This document shows positions 1 through 7,900 of a DNA stretch of 30,404 bases, in pieces. This stretch comes from Phycisphaeraceae bacterium (GTDB lineage Bacteria > Planctomycetota > Phycisphaerae > Phycisphaerales > Phycisphaeraceae). Location of the stretch: positions 1 through 30,404 of the forward strand of contig JBMCXL010000001.1 in NCBI GenBank assembly GCA_048621015.1. Reading direction: 5' to 3'. The position numbers and the translations under genes were made by a program. Under the pieces are notes generated by a model. It was not told the origin of the DNA and ran no database searches. It saw only the letters and a list, made by a program, of their open reading frames with translations. Positions within the stretch are counted from its first letter, which is position 1, and each line of letters starts with the position of its first letter.

Positions 1-477
1 GACGGCAACGAGGGCTTCGATGTCGACAATGTTCAGCAGCGGGTTGGAGGGCGTCTCGATCCACAGGCCGCGGGTGTTGGGCTGGATGGCGCGCTCGACG
101 TTGGCCGGGTCGCGCATGTCGATGAAGCTGAACTCGAGGCCCATTTGCGGCATGAGCTGGCTGAACAGGCGGTAGGTGCCGCCGTAGATGTCGTTGCCAG
201 CGATGATGTGATCGCCGCTGCGAAACAGGAACATGGCGGAGGTGACCGCGGCCATGCCCGTGGCGGTGGCGACGGCGGCGTGGCCGCCTTCCAGGCCGGC
301 GAGGCTCTGCTCCAGCGCGGCGCGCGTGGGGTTGCCGCTGCGCGTGTAGTCGTAGCCGCGGTTTTCGCCGACGCGGTCGAAGTAGAACGTGCTGGACGGA
401 TAGATCGGCGTCGTGACGGAGTTGTAGCTCCGATCGGCGTAAACACCGGTGTGAACGGCGCGCGTCTCAAGGTGCAT
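1..477 (-). CDS. metB: PLP-dependent transsulfuration enzyme (cystathionine gamma-synthase/gamma-lyase family), 5' part; 3' end lies outside the window
   Basis: Manual translation from the ATG at 477 gives MHLETRAVHTG...TPIYPSSTF...GYDYTRSGNPTR...ATGMAA...DIYGGTYRL...LWIETPSNPLL, which are hallmark Cys/Met-metabolism PLP motifs. It is missing from the ORF track because the frame runs off the window. MetB versus MccB/MetC cannot be resolved by eye. Confidence 0.9.
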   Translation of the reverse strand, partial: MHLETRAVHTGVYADRSYNSVTTPIYPSSTFYFDRVGENRGYDYTRSGNPTRAALEQSLAGLEGGHAAVATATGMAAVTSAMFLFRSGDHIIAGNDIYGGTYRLFSQLMPQMGLEFSFIDMRDPANVERAIQPNTRGLWIETPSNPLLNIVDIEALVAV

Positions 478-487
478 GGTCTGTGTT

Positions 488-609
488 CCGTAAGGGCGTC
501 GAGACCCATTACGGTAGCAGAAAACCCACCCCCGCGCAAGGCACACAGGACACACCGGGACCGGCCTCGGGCCGACCCGCAACGGCTCAACCGGAGCGGT
601 TACAAGCCG
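488..609 (-). promoter_or_regulatory. Structured leader upstream of the transsulfuration gene (three hairpins)
   Basis: Inverted repeats at 488-514 (ccgtaa-gggt...gccc-ttacgg on the minus strand, 10 nt before the ATG), 562-574 (cggcc-tcg-ggccg) and 583-609 (cggct..aaccg-ctc-cggtt..agccg). Confidence 0.3.
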
Positions 610-676
610 AGAGCGGTACGTTCAGAACCAACACCGGACAGAGACGGCGAAGGACGAAACGCCCGTGCGCGTCGGC

Positions 677-1504
677 TCAGTCGCGTATGAACTCGATGTC
701 CGCGCCGCACGGGCCGCCGCCCTCGGCCGTGTCGCGTTCGACCGTTTCGCCGGTGAAGCGCAGCAGCGGCTTGTAGGACTCGGCGATCTCGCGCCCGCGC
801 CAAGGCATGTAGTGGCAGATGAACGAGCGGCGCCACTGGTTCGAGGTGTTCGGATCCGAGCCGTGGATGACGCTGCCGTTGAAGAACAGCACGTCGCCGG
901 GCTCGAGTCTGGCGGGGATCGGCTCGTGCCCTTCCGGCGGCTTGACGTAGTGCGGCGAAAAGCTCTTGCTCAGATCGGCCTGCTCGGGACAGGCGACTTC
1001 CAGGCGATGCGTGCCGGGGCAGATGTGCAGGCCGCCGTTGGCGGGAAAGGACGGGTCGATCGCCACCCACGCGGCGATGCAGGTGTGCGGGCTGACGCGC
1101 AGGTAGAAGTTGTCCTGGTGCAGCGCCTGGCCGCGACCGCCGGGCGGCTTGAAGTAATACATGCTCTGGCAGGCGATCGGCTCCTCCTCGAGCAGGGCCG
1201 TGAGCACCGCGCCGACACGGGCATCGAGCAGGTAGCGCTTCGCCAACTCGCTGAAACGGTGCGGCTGCATGATGCGCGGGTAGCGCTTCAGCGGATCTTT
1301 CGCGCCTTCGACACTGGTGTCCGGCTCCCAGTGCTTCGCGATGGGCTCGCCCTTCTCGGCGATGCGCTCGAAATAGTCGCGGATCTCGGCGATCTCGGCC
1401 GGCCGCAGCAGGCCGCGCGCGATGTGGTAACCGTCGCCCTGGTAGGCGGCGAACTGGTCGACCGAGAGACCGGCGGCATGCGCGGTCGTGTGCGTCGTGC
1501 TCAT
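677..1504 (-). CDS. Phytanoyl-CoA dioxygenase (PhyH) family Fe(II)/2-oxoglutarate oxygenase
   Basis: YFKPPGGRGQALHQDN (HxD), WVAIDP..ANGGL, GDVLFFNGSVIHGS (distal His) and a downstream R-R-S; 275 aa. Confidence 0.9.
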   Translation of the reverse strand: MSTTHTTAHAAGLSVDQFAAYQGDGYHIARGLLRPAEIAEIRDYFERIAEKGEPIAKHWEPDTSVEGAKDPLKRYPRIMQPHRFSELAKRYLLDARVGAVLTALLEEEPIACQSMYYFKPPGGRGQALHQDNFYLRVSPHTCIAAWVAIDPSFPANGGLHICPGTHRLEVACPEQADLSKSFSPHYVKPPEGHEPIPARLEPGDVLFFNGSVIHGSDPNTSNQWRRSFICHYMPWRGREIAESYKPLLRFTGETVERDTAEGGGPCGADIEFIRD

Positions 1505-1614
1505 GAGGATTGCTCCCGGGCTGGAGTCGGTTCCCTTGATCGCCCCGAAGCCTACCGCCCCCGGGGCAGCCTCCCAATGGACCGTTGGCTCGAAATAATG
1601 GACAATATGACCAC

Positions 1615-2625
1615 ATGACGAATCCCGGAGCGATCGCCCCCATGCTGGATTCGCTGCTACAGGTCAACGCAGCCGATGAATTCCGCGATATGACGCGGGT
1701 GGACACCGCTCGGGCGGCGGGCGAGCGAATGGACTATCTGCTGATCTGGGTGGCGCGCGGCAGTCTCACCGGGCACCTGGACGGCCGAGCACTGCGGGCT
1801 CGCGCGGGCGACGTGGTGACGCTCCCTCCCGGCGCGGCTCATCGCTACCGCTCGCCGTCGCGCGGGCCGTGGACGTGGTTATGGGTGCATTTCGAAGGGG
1901 ACGCCGCACCGCCGTTCGTGGACCGGCTTCGCGCCGCGGCGGACGGCGAACCGGTCGTGCACCTGGGCTGGCACGAGACGGTGCGCGAGCGCTTCCTTGA
2001 GCTGCTGATCGCACAAGGCGCTGCGCGCAGCACCGGGGCGGCGCCAACGGCTCGGCTGGAGGCGGCGGGTTGTCTCTACGCCCTGCTCGCGACCATGCTG
2101 CATCAACTCGATGCGAATCATCGGCAGCCGCACGTCTCGCCGGCCCTGGACAGCCGCGACCTGCAACGCCACATCCACGAACACCTCGCTGAGCCGTTGC
2201 GCCTCGAGGATCTTGCCCGCCGCGCGCGCCTCTCGCCCACGCACTTCAGCCGGCTGTTCAAGCAGCGCTTCGGCGTCAGTCCGATGCGCTACATCATCGA
2301 GCGCCGCATCGATCGCGCCGCCACGCTGCTGGCCACCACCGACTTCAAGATCGCCTACGTGGCGCAGGCCGTCGGCTACGACGACCCCTACTACTTCTCG
2401 CGTCTCTTCCGCCGCGTGACGGGCCAGCCGCCCACCGCCTATCGCAACGCGCTTCGGCATCGATTGTCGGATCGCGCTTCGCCAACCGCGCCCATGCTGG
2501 ATCGAACGGCGCCCAAGCAGGCATCCTCATCGCGTATCCAGCGCACCTGTCAGACCGGAACGGCCAGGAACGGAACGTCGGCGCATCAGAGATTTGATCC
2601 GGAGCGTCGAATTCATCGACAATAG
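1615..2625 (+). CDS. AraC/XylS family transcriptional regulator with N-terminal cupin ligand-binding domain
   Basis: Cupin-like AGDVVTLPPGAAHRY...WLWVHF, then a double HTH: LEDLARRARLSPTHFSRLFK...IAYVAQAVGYDDPYYFSRLFRRVTGQPPTAYR. The start is uncertain (1615 or 1642; the track uses TTG 1585). Confidence 0.9.
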   Translation: MTNPGAIAPMLDSLLQVNAADEFRDMTRVDTARAAGERMDYLLIWVARGSLTGHLDGRALRARAGDVVTLPPGAAHRYRSPSRGPWTWLWVHFEGDAAPPFVDRLRAAADGEPVVHLGWHETVRERFLELLIAQGAARSTGAAPTARLEAAGCLYALLATMLHQLDANHRQPHVSPALDSRDLQRHIHEHLAEPLRLEDLARRARLSPTHFSRLFKQRFGVSPMRYIIERRIDRAATLLATTDFKIAYVAQAVGYDDPYYFSRLFRRVTGQPPTAYRNALRHRLSDRASPTAPMLDRTAPKQASSSRIQRTCQTGTARNGTSAHQRFDPERRIHRQ

Positions 2626-2626
2626 A

Positions 2627-3520
2627 TCACCGGTTCGTGAACGGCGCGGTATGGATGTACGGGAAGTACCACTGCGGGTAATTCGAGGCGAGCTGCCCGA
2701 CATAAGCGCCATACCAGCGCGCTTCGTGATCCGGTCGCTGGTTGGTGACGCTGCCATCGAAGTAGAGCACGTTCATGATGCCGTTCGGGTGGTTGGCGTA
2801 CTGGTGGGCCGCGCCGATCGGCGGTGGCGGTGGCGACACGTCGAGCAGGACCGGAAATCGACCGGGGTTGGCGACATCGGGGTTGATCGGCCCCCCGCCC
2901 CGGCCACCGTAGAACTGCTCGATCGTCTCACCGGGGCCGAGTTCTGAATAGTCGCGGAGCCTGCCCCACACCGGGCGCGATTGGCGAATGCCGTACCACT
3001 GCGCAATCACGCTGGCCGTGATGTAGGACGTATCCCACACCTGTTTCTGGCCCGGGGGCAGGTCCCGGCTCGGGCAGACCAGCAGGCCGTGATCCTTCGG
3101 ATCCCACCCTTTCGGGCTTCTCGCGTTGGGGGCGATGCCGAAGTCGCGGGCGAAATTGGCGAACAGTTCCGTCAGCCGTTCCGGGTCCTGGCCTGTACCG
3201 GCGCGCCCGGTATGGAAGTACATCTTCGGCCCGTAGGTCTGGCCGCCTATGGTGCGCAGCGGGAACCGCTTTTCGCTGTGCAAGTAGCTGTGCATCGCGA
3301 TGCCGACCTGGCGCAGGTTGGACATGCACTGGGCGGAGCGCGCCGACTCGCGCGCCGCACGCAGCGCCGGCAGAAGCAGCGCGATCAGCAGCGCGGTGAT
3401 TGAAATGACCACAAGAAGTTCGACCAGCGTGAAGGCCGACCGGTGTCGAGCAGCCGGCGTCACGTCTCCCGGCCGGAGCCGCGCCGTGCGATGGATGGCG
3501 AAGGCTGGCTGTTGCTGCAT
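2627..3520 (-). CDS. Prepilin-type N-terminal cleavage/methylation protein, DUF1559 / H-X9-DG type
   Basis: A|[44 protein letters not shown] at the N-terminus and [15 protein letters not shown] at the C-terminus (10 residues between H and DG). RBS GAAGGAG upstream of the ATG. Confidence 0.9.
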   Translation of the reverse strand: MQQQPAFAIHRTARLRPGDVTPAARHRSAFTLVELLVVISITALLIALLLPALRAARESARSAQCMSNLRQVGIAMHSYLHSEKRFPLRTIGGQTYGPKMYFHTGRAGTGQDPERLTELFANFARDFGIAPNARSPKGWDPKDHGLLVCPSRDLPPGQKQVWDTSYITASVIAQWYGIRQSRPVWGRLRDYSELGPGETIEQFYGGRGGGPINPDVANPGRFPVLLDVSPPPPPIGAAHQYANHPNGIMNVLYFDGSVTNQRPDHEARWYGAYVGQLASNYPQWYFPYIHTAPFTNR

Positions 3521-3602
3521 CGTGACATCTCCTTCAGAGGTGATCAGGATTGACGTGCATGCAAGGTGAAACGTGCGCGTTCATTCGGGCGACCGACGCG
3601 CC

Positions 3603-3637
3603 GCCGCTTTTGCTCGGAGCCCGACTTGCAAAACGGC
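3603..3637. other. Intergenic stem-loop between the GntR gene and the first DUF1559 gene
   Basis: gccg-c-ttttgc-tcgg-agc-ccga-ctt-gcaaaa-cggc; no poly-U tail on the coding (minus) strand. Confidence 0.4.
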
Positions 3638-3666
3638 ACGGACACGATGCCGACGCGGAGGAAGCG

Positions 3667-4761
3667 TCAGATCACGCCCGCCAGCGCCTCCTGCCGCGAC
3701 TGAATCGAGAAGGTGCTGATGAACGGTTCCGCCGCGCCTTGTCGACTTTCGAGTTGTTGCTGGAGCATGTGGATCGCCTGCTGCGCCTCCGCCTCCACGT
3801 CGTGGACCAGGTACGTCACCGGCAGGCCCAGCGGCACCGCTTCCTGCATGCCGCAGCACACCGCCACGGCCGGATGCGCCCCGCCGGTCGGCCCATGCTC
3901 CAGCAGCGCGCGCGTCACGCCGCGCGCGACAATGTCGTCCACGATCAGCAGGCCCGACGGCACCGCTTCACGCGCGATGCGCTCCGCCATCAGGCGATAG
4001 CCCGCGTGCTCATAGCTGGACATCCGCTCGTAGCTCGGCGTGAGCATCGGCTCGACGCGGTCGCGGTAAGGCGCGATCGCCTGATCCAGCGCATGCCGCA
4101 TCTTTTCCTTGTCCTGCGTGATGACCGCGATGCGCGAGCAGCCCCGTTCGAGCAGGTGCTCGACGCCCAGGCGAATCCCCTGGCTTCGGTCCAGCACGAG
4201 CCGATTCGGCCGCGGCTCGTCGCCGTCTACGTGCACGTGCGGCAGTTCCGCCTGCACCGCGTAGCGCAGCATCCGATGCTTGGGATATTCACAGCCCACG
4301 AACAGGTAGCCCAGATGCTGGCGGGTCGATGCAGGCGTGCAGTACGGATCGGCATCCTCCGGCCGATCGTTGCTGAGCCAGACGGGCTCGATGCGGATGC
4401 CGGCCCGTTCCGCATGGGCGCGGCAGTAGTGCAGAAAATGCAGGAAATACGGGCTGATGTCACCGCCGAACAGATCCACCCCGCACACCCAGAGCACGCG
4501 CCGCGTTGCGGTGGCATCCGGGGCGACGAAGCAGCCGCGGCCCTGCCGCTTGATCAGCAGTCCTTCGTGGACGAGCAGCTCCTGCGCTTTACGCACCGTG
4601 CCCACGCTCACGCCGTGACGGCGGGCGAGCGCCTGCTCGGTCTCGACCCTGGCGCGCGGCGGCAGTTCACCATCGAAGATGCGCTGGCGCAGATGCTCGT
4701 AGACCCCCTGATACAGGGGGCCGGTGGAACTGCGGAATGAAGGCTGGACGGTCATGGGCAT
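3667..4761 (-). CDS. GntR-family winged-helix regulator fused to a LacI/periplasmic-binding-type effector domain (AraR-like architecture)
   Basis: PLYQGVYEHLRQRIFDGELPPRARVETEQALARRHGVSVGTVRKAQELLVHEGLLIKRQGRGCFV is a GntR wHTH. The C-terminal part (GIRLGVEHLLERGCSRIAVI...PSGLLIVDDIVARGV) resembles a LacI sugar-binding domain. True start is ATG 4761 or 4755, not 5934 as in the track. Confidence 0.88.
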   Translation of the reverse strand: MPMTVQPSFRSSTGPLYQGVYEHLRQRIFDGELPPRARVETEQALARRHGVSVGTVRKAQELLVHEGLLIKRQGRGCFVAPDATATRRVLWVCGVDLFGGDISPYFLHFLHYCRAHAERAGIRIEPVWLSNDRPEDADPYCTPASTRQHLGYLFVGCEYPKHRMLRYAVQAELPHVHVDGDEPRPNRLVLDRSQGIRLGVEHLLERGCSRIAVITQDKEKMRHALDQAIAPYRDRVEPMLTPSYERMSSYEHAGYRLMAERIAREAVPSGLLIVDDIVARGVTRALLEHGPTGGAHPAVAVCCGMQEAVPLGLPVTYLVHDVEAEAQQAIHMLQQQLESRQGAAEPFISTFSIQSRQEALAGVI

Positions 4762-4825
4762 TCTGAACGTGTTGGGAGCACCGGGCGCCTCAAGACACGC
4801 ACGCCTGCGACCGAGCCGGCGAATG

Positions 4826-4900
4826 GCGGCAAAACGGTTGCATTTATCATCCAAATCATATACATAAGTCAGGGTTAAACGTCTGTCAAGCATGTTTTTC
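4826..4900. promoter_or_regulatory. AT-rich divergent promoter/operator region between the GntR gene and the enzyme operon
   Basis: A strongly AT-rich patch (ttgcatttatcatccaaatcatatacataagtcagggttaaacgtctgtcaa) in GC-rich DNA. TTGACA lies on the minus strand at 4889-4884 and TTGCAT on the plus strand at 4838-4843; the -10 boxes are only weak. Confidence 0.55.
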
Positions 4901-4929
4901 CGGGTTCGAGTGACGAAATCGAGGTGTGT

Positions 4930-7900
4930 ATGCGGTGGGATGTCAGCCGGCGTCGTCGCGGTGGCCGGATCGGTGAACCCGGTGGCGGACAAGCCGGCAA
5001 ACGCCCCGCCATCCACCGGGGCAGCCAGCAGGCGCACCATCGCGCGGCGCGAGGACGAGCTGTCGCCACGGGCCGGCGGTGGCTCGCGACGGCCTTCGTG
5101 GTGGTAGGCGCGGGTCTTGCGGCCGCGGCGGCGCAGGCCGAGACGCCGGCCGCTTATCGCGAACAGGTGGTGACCCCGCACTGGCCCTGGGCCGAGGCGC
5201 ACGCCGAGGGGACGGTGCGCGGGCTGTGCCTGGTGAATCACCTGGCGACGCGCGAGCCGGCCGAACTGGCCCAGCGCTTCGACATCGAGTTCACCACCGT
5301 GCCCGTGACCGGCAATCCTTACAAGAACACATTCGACGAGACGTTTCTCCGCGAGCAGCTCGAAGCCGGCGCGTTCGACGTGATCGTCGTCGCGGCGCAC
5401 ATCCCGTGGGACTTTCTTTCGGAGGAGAGTCTGGCGGCAATCCGCGAAGAGGTGGAAGCGGGTACGCCGTTGATCTACTTTGGCCGCAACGCGCAGCACG
5501 ACAAGCGCTGGCCGCTGCTGGCGGAAGGCGAGGTGCTGGAGGATGACGCCGCGGCGATGTCGGCGGAGCTGGCGGCGCTGCCGGTGAACTGGATCACGTT
5601 TCCGAAGTCGCCGCTGGGTGTGACGGTTCGGCGCCTCGGCGAGGGGCGCGTGGTGTCGGTGCATGGGTATGTGACGCACCTTCAGGTGTTCAACGCGTTC
5701 GTGCCGGGGTCGAAGACGTACGACGCCAACGCATGGGGACCGGAGCTTTCCTACGCGCTGGCGGCGCGGCTGATTCGCCGCGCCGCGGACATGGCCGGCC
5801 CTGCGGTGTCGCAGGAAGCGGAGGCGCCGGGCGAGGCGACCTTGACGTTGAGCGAGCCGGCCGCGGCTGGCGATGTGCTGCACTGGACGTTGCACGATCG
5901 CTGGGGCGAACGCGGCGACCGCCGCGCGCTGCAACTGTCGGCGGGACAGGAGCGCGTCGAGCTGAACACACCGACATCCGCGCCGGGGCGCTGGCTTTGC
6001 CGGTGGAGGTGGGAGCGCAACGGCGCGGCGCAGGCAACGGGCGCTTTCGCTTACGAGGTCGAGTCACCGGTGACATTCGATGCGATCGAAGCGCCGGCCA
6101 CGCTCGATGCGTCGGATTCAAGCCGGCTTGAATGGTCGATGCGCGGGGACGTGCAACCGGACGACCGTGTGATGGCGCAGGTGTACGACCCGGACGGCCG
6201 CCTCGTCACCGTCGCCTCAGCCTCCGCGTCGGCGGGAGAACTGTCACTGCCGGCCTGGCCGACGCGCTTCATCGCGCACGAACTTCGCTTGCTGCTGCTG
6301 CGCGGCGAGCAGCGCCTGGATGAGCAGCGCCGGCCGATCACCGTCGCCTGGGACCGGGCGCGCGACCAGGGCCGATTCCACGTCATCATCTGGGGCACGG
6401 AAACCAACTCGTGGGCGATGGCGCATCGTTACCGACGGCTGCGCCAGCTTGGCGTGACCGCGCATGCGCCGATCGGCAAGGGCCGCATCAACGTCGCGCG
6501 CACCGCCAGCATGCGCGGCCTGCGACTGGTGCCGACCAACGTGCTTGTGCCGCCCAACCGCTTCACGAACATGAACCGCTACAACGAGGCGGACGATCTC
6601 GAGCAGCTTGACGCCTACGCCGATGCCATCAGCCCCCACACACCGCTGGGCTATTCGCTCGCCGACGAGCCGAACACCGACGACCCCGTGGGCTGGCACG
6701 ACAAGGGCGCCGAGGTGATTCACCGTCACGACACCGGCGCGCCCGTCGGCTTCTGCGGTGTCTGGCTCGGTCTGGACAAGGACGTGCCGAGCTATTTCCA
6801 GCACTGCAACTTCCTCGAACCTTACAGCCCGCTGCATCTTTACACGTCGAATCTCTGGCGGGGCATCGAGCGCGATCTTTACCGCTCCTTCGCCCGGCCG
6901 GAAGGCATCGTCAGTTGCTGGACCGGCTACCTGCCCGGCCGCCGGGTGCTCGAGCCCTACTCGCGTACCGTGCCGTGGCTCTGGCTTTTCGAAGGGTTCG
7001 ACGGCGTGTCCTACTTCCAGTCCGCCAGCAGCTTCGGCGAACTGGAAGCGGACCTGCGACCTGCCCCGGCCGCGCGCTGGTGGTCGCAGGAGGTGCGCTT
7101 GCTCCAGCGCACCGGTATCGGCGAGCAGCTCATCGCCATGCAGCGCGACGCCGGCGACGTGCGCATCATCTTTCAGCAAGGCGCCGACGACGCGGCCGCA
7201 TGGGCGCGGGCGATGAACCAGCTCAACGTGCCGTATCGCTTCATGAGCTGGCGCGAGGCGGAGGAACTGGCCGAACAGGGTGACACGCCCCCAGCCCTGG
7301 TGCTCTGCCCCTCAAGCATCGAGATGAGCGACGCGCAGCTTGCGCTGCTGCGGAACCTGGTCGACCGCGGCAGCGCGGTGGTCGCCACCGCCCCGCTCGG
7401 CGCCCTGGCCGACGGCGAGCCCGCAGCACCGGATCGCCTTGCGCCGTTGTTCGGCGTCGGGCGCGAAGCGCCGGTGGCGGACGAGGCGCAGGCGCGCAAG
7501 CAACGTGACCTTCACACCGGTGTTCCGGTGACGGTGCGCTGGGGCGATGCGAAGTTGACAGGCAAAAGCACCGGCGCGCACGGGCTGCGCGTGTCGGATG
7601 CGCAGCGCATCGGCGACTTTACCGCGGCGGGCAAGGCGCAGCGCGTTTCCGAGGATCACCCCGCTTTCGTGAACCAACTGCTCCAGACGCCCGCCGGCGT
7701 CATCAAGCCGCACGGGCGGGCGTTCGCGATGCTCCTGACCTTCGAGCCGGACGTGGCCTCAGCGCGGCGGATGCTTCCCTCGCTGCTTCAACGCGCGGGC
7801 GTGACACCGCCGCGCCAGCGCATCACCGTGCAGGATCGGCCGGACGACACCGCCTACCTTTATCCGTTCGCATCCGACACCGATCGCCTGCGGCTGGTCG

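Noticed and set aside
478-676. Known SAM/SAH riboswitch upstream of metB
   Set aside because: I could not find the conserved cores of SAM-I, SAM-II, SAM-V or SAH on the coding strand. An AACGGCT resembling SAM-SAH is on the wrong strand and is explained by a simple hairpin.
1639-2502. 12-bp direct repeat CCCATGCTGGAT near both ends of the AraC gene
   Set aside because: Only two copies, both in coding sequence, with no mobile-element features. Probably chance.
3549-3555. GATTGAC half-site upstream of the first DUF1559 gene
   Set aside because: Only one half-site and no central CG symmetry.
5070-5100. Twin-arginine (Tat) signal in the large protein (GRRWLA)
   Set aside because: Poor match to S/T-R-R-x-F-L-K, and the n-region is Arg-rich throughout, so RR pairs are expected.
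4762-5934. N-terminal extension of the 755-aa ORF 3667..5934
   Set aside because: It overlaps the plus-strand enzyme gene and crosses the AT-rich promoter. GntR homology begins only at about 4761.
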